Origin: a bacterium
GTDB taxonomy: Bacteria; Patescibacteriota; Minisyncoccia; 2-02-FULL-40-12; IGHO2-12-FULL-4
Direction: 5' to 3'
Length of the DNA: 43,721 nucleotides
NCBI GenBank assembly: GCA_030695705.1
Contig: JAUYPS010000048.1
Span: 1 to 43,721, forward strand
The notes below the pieces were generated by a model, which was given only the letters and a program-made list of their open reading frames with translations, had not been told where the DNA came from and ran no database searches. Positions within the stretch are counted from its first letter, which is position 1, and each line of letters opens with the position of its first letter. Of the stretch, positions 16,994 through 26,530 are shown in pieces. Position numbers and translations under genes: made by a program.

Positions 16994-17911
16994 TTATTTG
17001 GAGTCATCTTCGAGTGGCTTGTCTATCGTTTCCACCACTCTTACCAAACTTTGAAGCTTGCTGTCATAGAAACAGATCCAGAAGTGTTTCGGAGAGTTCT
17101 TGACGAAATATTCTCTGTCAATGAGCAGAGGCCTAAGCCGCAACCGGGCGTCGGTAAGGGTAAATGTAAGCATCTTACGGGCCTTGGAATTTTCCAACTC
17201 TTGTCTATGGAACACAGTATTTTTTTGGATAAATAGCATTCCCTGGTCCAAAATTCGGACATCGAATCCGCTATGGCCGAGAATTCTTTTGCGGGCGGTA
17301 GAATTGTTAGCCAGGGTGAGGATTTGATGATCTGATTCAGAATAAGGTTCAGTATTGTTAATCGTTTCCAGAAATACCCAGTAGGCCTTGTCGCCGTCAA
17401 AAGCGTAAAAAAATGCCGGTTTTATTCTCATATCTTGCCAAAAGTCGGGATGGTCTGCGCTTCTTCGCAATTGATCCGGATGGCTGGCATACGATTGTTT
17501 GATGGATTCCCATTGTTTAAATTGATGGGCGTTGACAATGACATTATCCGTTCCCGCTTTGAAATAGGTGACCAGCCAGAAATCCTTTTTGTATTTTTTT
17601 AAAAATGTCTTGCGGTCAATCTGTTCTTCCCATTCTTTGTTGTGTTCAAAAAACGCATACTCTTTTTGATGGGCCGGTAAAATAAATTCAGTTCTCTCCA
17701 GTACATAATTGCTGGCAAAAATACCGGAAAGATAGGTGTTTCCCTCCCGGTCGTCTTTTTTATCAAGGAAACGGACGGGCAGAATCCTGGCATTGTTCCA
17801 AAATTCCAGGGAATTGGTGTCATAAGCAAATTTGTCCGGGATAAGATCTTGCGGCAAAGCGTTTCTGCAAAATACCAGAAACAATATTAAAAAAAAGACC
17901 GATTTAAACAT
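16994..17911 (-). CDS. Secreted hypothetical protein
   Basis: 305-aa ORF with AGGAG RBS and signal peptide. Confidence 0.75.
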   Translation of the reverse strand: MFKSVFFLILFLVFCRNALPQDLIPDKFAYDTNSLEFWNNARILPVRFLDKKDDREGNTYLSGIFASNYVLERTEFILPAHQKEYAFFEHNKEWEEQIDRKTFLKKYKKDFWLVTYFKAGTDNVIVNAHQFKQWESIKQSYASHPDQLRRSADHPDFWQDMRIKPAFFYAFDGDKAYWVFLETINNTEPYSESDHQILTLANNSTARKRILGHSGFDVRILDQGMLFIQKNTVFHRQELENSKARKMLTFTLTDARLRLRPLLIDREYFVKNSPKHFWICFYDSKLQSLVRVVETIDKPLEDDSK

Positions 17912-18006
17912 GGTCCACTCCTGTTTTTAAAGAAACTCAAGTTACTTAAATGCTAGCACTCTGGAATTTTTTGGCAAATTATCGTTTTGTTTCCTGCTAA
18001 TTTCTT

Positions 18007-18289
18007 ATGAGATTTATCCTGCTCCGTCCCACTCACCTCTTTTAAAGATGTCTTCGCGCCGTCCCCATTGCTTTTTTCGGACGCTCGCTTTTTTCCAGCG
18101 AAAAAGCTCGCTTGATGCGGCCTGTGGATTCAGGAGCAGACTCCTGACCAGCGAACCTCCATTTCTAAGCCATAAGTCCAACTCTAAGGAATAAACTAAG
18201 AAACGGAGGTTCGCAAGCAATCCACAGGCCACAACGCCTCCAAAAGCAATAGGGACTGCGCTTATTCTGCATTGCGCCAAGTGCCTCAT
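18007..18289. repeat. Branched foldback element or structured RNA candidate
   Basis: GGCCTGTGGATT/AATCCACAGGCC, GCGAACCTCC/GGAGGTTCGC, GTCCCCATTGCTTTT/AAAAGCAATAGGGAC, plus two side hairpins. Confidence 0.7.
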
Positions 18290-18367
18290 TTAATATGTCC
18301 TAGTGACAAGTGAATACGCCACCTGGGTGGCGTATTCAAAAACCCTTAAAAACAAGGGTTTTTGAGG

Positions 18368-18397
18368 TTGACGAGGGTGGGTCTGATTTGGTATAAT
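18368..18397 (+). promoter_or_regulatory. Sigma70 promoter
   Basis: TTGACG...TGG-TATAAT. Confidence 0.7.
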
Positions 18398-18426
18398 ATA
18401 AGTACAGTTAAAGCACTTAAACAACG

Positions 18427-18467
18427 GTTACACGGCAGCCCTGTGCAACACAGGGCTGCCGTGTAAC
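18427..18467. repeat. Palindromic repeat family C, 5'-UTR copy
   Basis: GTTACACGGCAGCCCTGTG-CAA-CACAGGGCTGCCGTGTAAC; ends match 31530-31571. Confidence 0.85.
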
Positions 18468-18495
18468 GACGTGTAACGAACATAAAGGAGACGGT

Positions 18496-19257
18496 ATGAG
18501 AAAGATGGTTTTGATTGTTTTAATGTTTTTGGCGGTTCCGGTTTCGTCTTTCGCCCAGCACCGTTATTTGGGTGAGGGCGGGGCAAAGATTCTGCAATGC
18601 GCTCGGTTTTACTCTTCGCTCGAGGCACAACTGCTTTGCGCGAGAGGGGACGAGCTTTCGGCCGGCCAGATCGAAAGATTGGGCCTGGTCGATCGAAACG
18701 AGCGCATCGGTCAGTACGGTGGGAATTACGGCTATAACGGCGGGGACGGGTATTTTTACCCCACCGATTCCTACGGCCGACCGACAGGCACCCGCGAGCG
18801 GATTGTGACAGGTGGCGCCATTGGCGCATTACTTGGCGCAGGAGTTGGCGCAATCTTCAACCGAGGTGGCACTGGCGCATTACTTGGCGCAGGTGCTGGC
18901 GCAGTGGTTGGCGTAATCTCCGGCTCCAAAGCTGGCAAGAGGGCCAAGCAAGAAGCGCAGGTGCGGGAAACTCAATACCGTGCTGAGACGCAGGCCAGAG
19001 CCGAAGTTCAGCAGCAAGTCGCCGAGGAATCCCAACAGATTCCTCTAGTCATTCGAAATACAACCGGCTTCACGGCTCGATTGTATCAGGATGACAGGCG
19101 GGTTCGTGATCTCCGCCCGGGCCAGTCGTTTTCCGGTCCGGAAGCAGAGTACCGGGCCGAGCTGCGGGTTCCCGCTCGCGGCGGTTATGTGGAATTGGTC
19201 GAAGCGGAGCTTCGACCCCACGAGAGAGGGTGGGACATCGTCCCACCGAAGTTCTAG
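18496..19257 (+). CDS. Secreted glycine-zipper protein
   Basis: Signal peptide; GGAIGALLGAGVGA..GALLGAGAGAVVG; AAGGAG RBS; terminator at 19262-19309. Confidence 0.8.
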   Translation: MRKMVLIVLMFLAVPVSSFAQHRYLGEGGAKILQCARFYSSLEAQLLCARGDELSAGQIERLGLVDRNERIGQYGGNYGYNGGDGYFYPTDSYGRPTGTRERIVTGGAIGALLGAGVGAIFNRGGTGALLGAGAGAVVGVISGSKAGKRAKQEAQVRETQYRAETQARAEVQQQVAEESQQIPLVIRNTTGFTARLYQDDRRVRDLRPGQSFSGPEAEYRAELRVPARGGYVELVEAELRPHERGWDIVPPKF

Positions 19258-19368
19258 TTAAGCCCCTGCGCTTGCTGTGATAAACAGCGGGCGGCAGGGG
19301 CGCTTTTTTATGTGGAGTGTGTTTAAGTAAAGAAACAACTGTTCCTATCAAATCAAAGGAGAATTTCC

Positions 19369-20081
19369 ATGATAAGACTGATTTTGTTCGCTGTTTTGTT
19401 TGTTTTGACCGCTGCTTTGCCGTTACAGGCCGCCCAATCCAAGGATCGGGACGAAGCGCCGGTTCGCTGGGGGGTCAATGTTTCTCTGCCGGCTTCCTGG
19501 GAGTTTGCCTACGGGCTAAAGCCGATCTCCAAGCCCGACCAGATCGTTCTGAAAGGATCGGAATTCCAAATCGGGTTCATTCGCGGCCGTGAGCTCGGCG
19601 GCGACTGGGGCGTTTCCTTGGTCAGAAAGAAAATTTTTGACTCCATGCTGGCGGTCGGCGAGACAAAAGAGGATTGCTGGAGCGGTTACGACGGCACCGG
19701 TTTTATTAGAAGATGTTATCGCTATGGCGATTCAGCCTGCTTAAGGAGGCCCAGATAACCGGTATCGAGATTCACCAGTATGCGCCTTTTGTCACCATTA
19801 AAAGGCATGTACAGTTCGGCATGAACTTTGCCGCCGGCGTTGGCGCCATTCAAGGAGTGGGGGAGAAGCACTATTTCTATGAGGACTTCAGTACCCACCC
19901 TGTTTCTCAAGGAGAGGAGATCACCGTTATTCCGGCCAAGGAAGTGTTTCGGGAGTCGAGCGGTCTGCCGGTGATGCCTCTGGGCAAAATCGAACTGGTC
20001 GTGGCGGTCATGCCGGCGCCGGGATTGAAAGTTAAATTTAGCGGAAATCAGCCCGAAACGGCCGATGGCAAATTGAAATGA
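19369..20081 (+). pseudogene. Frameshifted secreted protein, possibly a beta-barrel
   Basis: Signal-peptide ORF 19369-19758 continues in another frame (19713-20081) with amphipathic beta-strands; shift near 19730; abrupt C-terminus. Confidence 0.6.
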
Positions 20082-20108
20082 AATGTCATCTTTGGTATAA
20101 TTATGCTA

Positions 20109-20348
20109 ATGATTCCGCCATTTATTCAGCCATTTTTATGGTCTTACGATGTGGAAAAGCTGGACCTAGAGCGAGATAAAAAAAGAATTGTTACCAATGT
20201 TCTTAATTTGGGAACGACCAAGGCCACTAAGTGGCTGTTTGAGATTTATAGCCGTGAAGATATCAAAAAAACAGTGGCCAATCCTTTGACTGGAGAGTGG
20301 AGCCCAAAGTCTCTTAATTTCTGGAGGATTATTTTTAACCTCCAATAA
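20109..20348 (+). CDS. Small antitoxin-like protein paired with an AbiEii toxin (DUF6922-like)
   Basis: FLWSYDVEKLD, VLNLG, SPKSLNFW; promoter TTGAAA-17-TATAAT ends 7 nt before ATG 20109 (alternative start 20103). Confidence 0.75.
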   Translation: MIPPFIQPFLWSYDVEKLDLERDKKRIVTNVLNLGTTKATKWLFEIYSREDIKKTVANPLTGEWSPKSLNFWRIIFNLQ

Positions 20349-20350
20349 TA

Positions 20351-20745
20351 ATGATGTTTTATAATATTTTAGACCAGAAAAGATTGGACTTACTGCCGAT
20401 TTTTAAAAATTTTAAAAAAGATTTTTATCTTGGCGGCGGCACGGCGCTGGTTTTGCAAATAGGGCATCGGGACAGCGTTGACTTTGATTTTTTTAAAGAG
20501 GGGGATATTGATACACCAAAACTGTTTTCCGATTTGGAAGAATTTTTTCCAGAACATCATTGGCGGATTTATTGGAAAAAGCTTCGGAAAAGTTTCCGGA
20601 TATTGACCGAAACTTAATTTTAAAAAGCTTGGTCTATTTTGAAGATGTCAATCTCGAACCGATTATGTTCAAGAATGATAACCATGTTGATTTTGAAGAA
20701 GTAAAAAAGTTTTTAGAAGAGAAAGTAAAAGAGTTGCCGCTATGA
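20351..20745 (+). pseudogene. AbiEii-family nucleotidyltransferase toxin, internally deleted and frameshifted
   Basis: FYLGGGTALVLQIGHRDSVDFDFF N-terminus jumps near 20558 to the ..ILKSLVYFED C-terminus in another frame; the central KDxxD region is absent. Confidence 0.8.
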
Positions 20746-20848
20746 AAAAATTTGCACAAAAAAAGCAAATTAGCCCGAAAACACTGACTTGCTTAAATTT
20801 GGTTTGTGGATAAAAAAATTGTAATAGTTGGCGCCTGTTATATAATAA

Positions 20849-21649
20849 ATGTACATGGATTCCACCAAGAAAAAAGAACTGTTGCTTTTGATTGTGGCTG
20901 TTATCGTGATTATTGGCGGAGTTTTTTGGTTTTTACCATCACGACCATTCCAGAGCGCACCGCTAACTGCGCAAGAAAAATTTGAACAACTTTTTTTGGC
21001 TAATCACTATCCCAAATTACCTTTTGACCGCTACAATAACCTTCGGCTGGTCTCTTCCGGAGGCGATAAAAAGATGCTGACGGCTCTTTTCCAAATATCC
21101 CTGGATACCCAAAGTATAAAAGAAGTTTTTGGGCAATATTTTGAAGAAGAGGCGTATGCTAATGTCAAAGAACAGAGAATTACTAGGGGATTTAAACTTT
21201 CCGGAGAGATTAACGGTCAGCCGTTGACGATTAGAATGACCAAGGCCGCTGATTCAGAGACGATTTCCAATATAGCTCTTACTTTTCAGCCACAAGATGG
21301 GGTGCCAATATTTTCATACGACAAACTGCCGTCAAATTTCCCGGCCGACATTCCAGTGGAGTATAGCACTCTTGTTACTCAAATTACTCAAAACGACACC
21401 GTCCGAATAAACGACAAAACCCAGGGAACTTTGGTTATTAACAGCGCCAATACCGGCGACGAAAATTTTGCCATATATCTGAATTACCTGGGGGGACACG
21501 ACTGGACGATCCTCAAACAACTCAATGACCCGAAGCAAGCGGTCAAATCAATTTTTGCTTCTAATGAAAGTGGTTCCATGGTTGTAAATATCACTCCCGG
21601 CCGGTCCCCCGACGTCTCAATTGTTTCAATCTTCTTTCTCACCCCTTAG
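20849..21649 (+). CDS. Membrane-anchored hypothetical protein
   Basis: N-terminal TM helix; LPSNFPADIP motif; start may be 20855. Confidence 0.75.
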   Translation: MYMDSTKKKELLLLIVAVIVIIGGVFWFLPSRPFQSAPLTAQEKFEQLFLANHYPKLPFDRYNNLRLVSSGGDKKMLTALFQISLDTQSIKEVFGQYFEEEAYANVKEQRITRGFKLSGEINGQPLTIRMTKAADSETISNIALTFQPQDGVPIFSYDKLPSNFPADIPVEYSTLVTQITQNDTVRINDKTQGTLVINSANTGDENFAIYLNYLGGHDWTILKQLNDPKQAVKSIFASNESGSMVVNITPGRSPDVSIVSIFFLTP

Positions 21650-21667
21650 CGGTAGCAACTCCCAGAC

Positions 21668-21692
21668 CTATACAAGATCCGATCTTGTATAG
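21668..21692. repeat. Short palindrome, REP-like
   Basis: CTATACAAGATC-C-GATCTTGTATAG; the core resembles the family B core (AGGT-nnn-ACCT). Confidence 0.6.
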
Positions 21693-21834
21693 CCACTAAT
21701 CAGCCCGAGATGGCCGATTGCAAAAGATGAGATACATCGATTTGCGTTTTGGCTGATTTTGTGCTACAATTAACAGATAGGTTAGCTCTTAAAAAAACAA
21801 CATTTTTGGCCCTAATGGGCCATAAGGAGGATTT

Positions 21835-22716
21835 GTGAAAAAGCAGATTTTCGGTCTTTTGTTGATGGTTATGTCTCTGTCTCTGTCTCTGCCCACAGTA
21901 GTTTGGGGACAGATAACTAGTCAGGAAGAGATCTTTCCCCAGTTTGCGGTGGGGGGAGGGACAGAGTATGCCGACGGTTTCCGGCTAGTCAGTGGCTGGG
22001 AAACCGGCGTGATTGTCAAAAACAAGACCGGGGTTCCAGCCAAAGTTAGGGTTTTGTTTGCTGGTCATCGGGCTGACCAGTTAAGGGGCCTTATTAAGGT
22101 GCAGTACCCGGGTGAAAACAGTTTGGCTGACATCACGGATATAGACCCCATGACCAAGGTTCTTTTCTTTCCCTTGGAAGTGGCCCCATTTGGGTCGGTA
22201 CAGGCCATCATCAGTTGGCCCAAACCAGAGGTAGAGGCGGGTTGGTTGAAGGTGCAGGTGGAAACACCCAGTCAACCCAGATATCCGATAGTCAGTGTTT
22301 TTTTGCAATACCGCTACAAAGTAAACAGTTTGGTAACGGGACAGGCCACCGTCAATCCAGGCTATTACAACGGCGTAAACAGGGATATCTCCTTTTACGC
22401 CAGGCGGTACACCGGTGCCAATCAGGATCGGTCGGAGACTGGCCTAGCACTGGTCAATTTAAGCTTTAACCGTCCGTCCACCTGCACTTTCACCCGACGA
22501 AACCGCGATGGAGGAATCTTGGACTCCTTCAATGAGGTTATCCCCGGCTTGGGACATTTTGCCCGCTTCCTGGGCGAAATGGGGCCCTCTTTGAACCTTA
22601 TTAATTACGAGGGTTCAATGGAGGTGAGCTGCACCGCAACTGTCATCATCGTGGTCTTACAAATGACTGGAAATGGGTCGAACTTTAACTTTTCGACCAT
22701 CAACATCGGCCCCTAG
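21835..22716 (+). CDS. Secreted beta-sandwich protein of Acidobacteria-like type
   Basis: GTG start after AAGGAGG; signal peptide; FPQFAVGGG, AGWLKV, ETGLALVN, GHFARFLGE motifs. Confidence 0.7.
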   Translation: MKKQIFGLLLMVMSLSLSLPTVVWGQITSQEEIFPQFAVGGGTEYADGFRLVSGWETGVIVKNKTGVPAKVRVLFAGHRADQLRGLIKVQYPGENSLADITDIDPMTKVLFFPLEVAPFGSVQAIISWPKPEVEAGWLKVQVETPSQPRYPIVSVFLQYRYKVNSLVTGQATVNPGYYNGVNRDISFYARRYTGANQDRSETGLALVNLSFNRPSTCTFTRRNRDGGILDSFNEVIPGLGHFARFLGEMGPSLNLINYEGSMEVSCTATVIIVVLQMTGNGSNFNFSTINIGP

Positions 22717-22822
22717 GGAGGGGGACGACGGCCACGTCGGCAATATAGAAATATGTTGCCGGCGTTTTTTTATCCACAAAAAAAATTTGTTGATTGTCTT
22801 AATCGAAGATATAATAAGACAT

Positions 22823-25800
22823 ATGAAGAAGTTTCTATTTATCTTGGCTGTTTTTATTTTCGCTTTGCCAATTGTGGCGTCCGCAGATTTGAGTGCGGGA
22901 GAAATAATTGAGGTTGATTTTAGTAAACCAGCTGAACCGGCTTGTCTTACTTCTAACTATAAAACGGCCTTCACTAATGACGGCACACCAATTTATTACA
23001 CCTTGTGCGATATCCATGTCGGCCAGTATAATGAGGCATTTAACCAGTGGAGCACTAAACTTATTTACGCCGAAGGGCAACCCTTCCCGACCATCAACTG
23101 GTCGGCCAAGTTGACCATCGTCAGACCCAATACCTCCAATAAGATTACCGGTATCGCCTCTTTCGCCTCGTATCTAGTTTATGCGGATAATTTAAGTATC
23201 GCAGAATGTGACGCTCCGGCTAATGCCGGTCGAAGCATATGCCTTGATGTGGCTCACGCCCCTCTCGGCTCTGCCGACGGCAATTATCAGGATACTTACA
23301 CTCTGACCGGCAACGGCGTTTTGCATATCTTGGACGATCAGGATTTAGTGAATTTTGGTTTTGATATGGGCTTCACTTTTGATAATCCTCCCTCCGCTCC
23401 AACTCAAAACATTTCTCAGAATACCGCTTTCACTGTCAACATTAAGCCGGCGTCGGCCACCCTTTATGTCAATCCTTTGAGTTTATCTTTTAGTAGCGCT
23501 GAAAGTAAATTTAGAGATACGGTGTGGATTCAAAATTTTCAAAAAAACGGCACTGGTTTTACTGTTAATTGTACTGCTGAAAATGTCACGGCCGGTTTTA
23601 CCGGTTTAAAATATCCATGTCCTACTGTGAATATCAAAACCGCTGAAAATTTTTTGATGGAGGTTGACCAGGCGACCGCTCCTCAAACCGGTCAGACTTA
23701 TGAGGCGGATATTGTCATTACGGCCAGTCCGGATTCCGATACGCCCGGCGGAGTTTTGAATTCTCCCCAGACGATTCATGTTTCTTATGTTAGTTCCGCT
23801 ACCCCTCCCCAGACCTGTCCGACTGGTTACACCGGCACCTATCCTAACTGTGTTCCCCCTTCCGGTCCCGGTCCTGCAACCTGCACTAGTAATCCGGTTT
23901 TGACCGTAGATAAGACCTATATTCCTAATATAGGCAAAGATAATGCGGTGACTTTCACCGGCACTTCCAGTCCGACTGGTCAGATCTATTATTGGCATGG
24001 CACTGACCCGGGGAGTAGCACAGATATCTATAATGGTGTGGCCGATGGGACGACTAATTTTAGTAAATTGTATAATGTCAGTACCCAAGGCACCTACACC
24101 AGGTATTTCACTTATACCCAGTCCGATGGCGGGGCCTGCACAAGCAATACAGTAACGGTGACTGCGGCCAAGCCCGGCGGCGGCCCCACCTCCGATATTT
24201 CCTGCAGTGTCAGTCCAAGCTTTGACAGCAGTGTGCCGTATCAATTTAAGCTCTCGGTCAACAATGCAAAATCTGGGTACAACTACAGTTGGTCGGCACC
24301 TTGCAATTGGGTAGCTAATGGGGCGGGTTATCAGACCCTTGATATTGATTGCGGTGGCCAGACGGGCTTATTTAGCGCCACGGTGACCGAAGCGGCCACG
24401 GGCAAAAGCGCCACTTGTCCCAACTTTTGTAGTGGCCCGGATTCGACATACTGCCAATCGGCACCACCACCACCACCGCCCGGTTCTGATTTCCTTAAGG
24501 CGGCCAAGGGCACGATGCAGACATTTACGGACTGTGACGAAGAATACCCGTATAGCTGTTTTTCTTATCAGCAATGGCGCCCAGTAGAACCCTACGCCAG
24601 CACCATTATTTGGCCGGCGCCGCTCACGCTGGAAGATACAGATGGCCGTCGGGCGGTCGGGTTCAAATTTGATGCTGGTTCGTATACCTTTGATGGGGTT
24701 AGACAAAGACAGTTTGATTGTACTGGAGACGGCACTTACGAAAAGACCTTGACGGTAACACAATTTACTTTTCCCGGCGACACGACTAACGCCGGCAGCA
24801 CGACCGATGGCATTTGCAATTATCCCACTGCGGGTACCTATACCGCTCGTGCTCGGGCACTCGATGCTGGTGGTGGAGTGGCGTTATGCGCCACCCCTGG
24901 ATATGTTGAAAAAATTCTCTGCGAAGGTACGGCCACCATCAAGGTCGGTCCGGTCATACCTCCGACGGTTACCCTAACACACAGTGGCACTTTATATTTC
25001 AAAAGCGGTAATCAATATATCCTTGCTTGGGAGGTAACCCATGCCGATTCATGCGTGGCGTCGTCTACACCGGAACATACAAATTGGAAGAATGGACAAT
25101 CTAAATCTACTCTCGGAGGTACACAGAATATTGGCGGTGTTAATACGACCACTATTTTCCATCTTACCTGCACCGGCCCAGGGGGAACAGTCAGAAGTGA
25201 ACCTCCGGCGGAGATACGGGTGGGGAGTGATTACTTTAAATATCCCATGAACTTGACTTTGCCGGATTACTGCGCCTCCGGTCCGGCGGCCACCATTGCC
25301 TGGGAATATAATGTGCCATCTTCTATTTATAACGGTCAGAGCGCTTACGAAGTGGAGATTGATGATAATGCTAATTTTAACAGTCCGGAAATTAAAACCG
25401 GGAAAGTGCTGTCCAGCAATCAATCTTATTCGACTGGAGTCGGTGTCCTACAATACAACAAGACCTATAATTTTCATGTCAGGGTCTGGAACGATTTTAA
25501 TCAGCCGTCCCCTTCCGGGAGTACTTGGAGCGCGCCGACTACTTGGGATACACCCAAGCATGCTTATCCGACGGCCGATTACACCTTTTCTCCGGCCAGT
25601 CCTCAAAGCGGTTCAGCAGTGCAGTTTACCGACCAGACCACTTTCTCCGGCGGTGGAACTCGTGCCTGGGCTTGGAATTTTGGCGACGGCAATACCGCCA
25701 CTCAACAAAACCCCAGTCACGCTTTCACCAACTCTGGCAGTTATACGGTGACCGATACGGCGACCGATGGCGACGGTTACTCCTGTTCTTCGTCAAAGAC

Positions 25801-26446
25801 GGTTACCGTGCAGTCCTCACCTACGGCGAGCAATCCCCAAGCGTCTCAACCAAATTACTGCGCTTCCGGTCCGGCGGCCGCGGTTAGTTGGACATATTCT
25901 GATCCGAGTAATTCTCCCCAGTCGGCCTATCAGGTCCAAATTGACGATCAGTCCTCTTTCAATAGTCCGGAAGTCGACTCTGGGAGAATAACTTCTAGTA
26001 ACAACTCATATTCAAGTGGCCCAGGTATTCTTCAATTTAATACGACCTATGAGGCAAGGGTGAAGGTTTGGAACTCTCAAGGAGCAGAATCCGCTTGGGT
26101 TAAAAGTGGAAGCTTTAAAACTCCCAAACATGCCTACCCTCAACCCGATTTTATCTGGTCTCCTACCAATCCGGCCCAAAACCAAATTGTCCAATTTACA
26201 GACCAAACTATTTTCTTTGACTCGGGAGGGGTTGGCCAAAGAAGCTGGGCGTGGACTTTTGGAGATAGCCCCTCCTCAACTATTCAGAATCCCACTCATA
26301 CGTACGCCGACTCCGGTGTCTATACCGTAAACCTAACGGCTACCGATAAAGACGGCTATACTTGTGATTTTTCTCCGCCTCCAGGTAAAACTATTACCAT
26401 CAAACCGCCTATACCTATCTGGAAAGAAGTTTCTCCGAAGCCATAG
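22823..26446 (+). CDS. Large Cys/Thr/Pro-rich surface protein with PKD and FN3-like domains
   Basis: Signal peptide MKKFLFIL; WAWNFGDG and WAWTFGD PKD motifs; duplicated YCASGPAA..FNSPE..TPKHAYP module. Confidence 0.88.
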   Translation: MKKFLFILAVFIFALPIVASADLSAGEIIEVDFSKPAEPACLTSNYKTAFTNDGTPIYYTLCDIHVGQYNEAFNQWSTKLIYAEGQPFPTINWSAKLTIVRPNTSNKITGIASFASYLVYADNLSIAECDAPANAGRSICLDVAHAPLGSADGNYQDTYTLTGNGVLHILDDQDLVNFGFDMGFTFDNPPSAPTQNISQNTAFTVNIKPASATLYVNPLSLSFSSAESKFRDTVWIQNFQKNGTGFTVNCTAENVTAGFTGLKYPCPTVNIKTAENFLMEVDQATAPQTGQTYEADIVITASPDSDTPGGVLNSPQTIHVSYVSSATPPQTCPTGYTGTYPNCVPPSGPGPATCTSNPVLTVDKTYIPNIGKDNAVTFTGTSSPTGQIYYWHGTDPGSSTDIYNGVADGTTNFSKLYNVSTQGTYTRYFTYTQSDGGACTSNTVTVTAAKPGGGPTSDISCSVSPSFDSSVPYQFKLSVNNAKSGYNYSWSAPCNWVANGAGYQTLDIDCGGQTGLFSATVTEAATGKSATCPNFCSGPDSTYCQSAPPPPPPGSDFLKAAKGTMQTFTDCDEEYPYSCFSYQQWRPVEPYASTIIWPAPLTLEDTDGRRAVGFKFDAGSYTFDGVRQRQFDCTGDGTYEKTLTVTQFTFPGDTTNAGSTTDGICNYPTAGTYTARARALDAGGGVALCATPGYVEKILCEGTATIKVGPVIPPTVTLTHSGTLYFKSGNQYILAWEVTHADSCVASSTPEHTNWKNGQSKSTLGGTQNIGGVNTTTIFHLTCTGPGGTVRSEPPAEIRVGSDYFKYPMNLTLPDYCASGPAATIAWEYNVPSSIYNGQSAYEVEIDDNANFNSPEIKTGKVLSSNQSYSTGVGVLQYNKTYNFHVRVWNDFNQPSPSGSTWSAPTTWDTPKHAYPTADYTFSPASPQSGSAVQFTDQTTFSGGGTRAWAWNFGDGNTATQQNPSHAFTNSGSYTVTDTATDGDGYSCSSSKTVTVQSSPTASNPQASQPNYCASGPAAAVSWTYSDPSNSPQSAYQVQIDDQSSFNSPEVDSGRITSSNNSYSSGPGILQFNTTYEARVKVWNSQGAESAWVKSGSFKTPKHAYPQPDFIWSPTNPAQNQIVQFTDQTIFFDSGGVGQRSWAWTFGDSPSSTIQNPTHTYADSGVYTVNLTATDKDGYTCDFSPPPGKTITIKPPIPIWKEVSPKP

Positions 26447-26461
26447 CGTTGCAAAGTTCCG

Positions 26462-26497
26462 TCAATTAAAAACCCTGTTAACAGGGTTTTTAATTGA
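26462..26497. terminator. Perfect 36-bp palindrome, likely a terminator, overlapping the tsaE -35
   Basis: TCAATTAAAAACCCTGTT|AACAGGGTTTTTAATTGA. Confidence 0.7.
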
Positions 26498-26530
26498 AAA
26501 TAAAGCGATTTCGAGCTACCATTAAGTCAA

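Noticed and set aside
21699..21720. Collapsed family A remnant (AATCAGCC...GGCCGATT)
   Set aside because: Only 8-bp arms match; could be chance.
22673..22822. N-terminal extensions in the ORF track (also 10240, 7084, 6442, 40756)
   Set aside because: They cross terminators, promoters or hairpins; downstream ATGs have signal peptides, an RBS or a -10 context.
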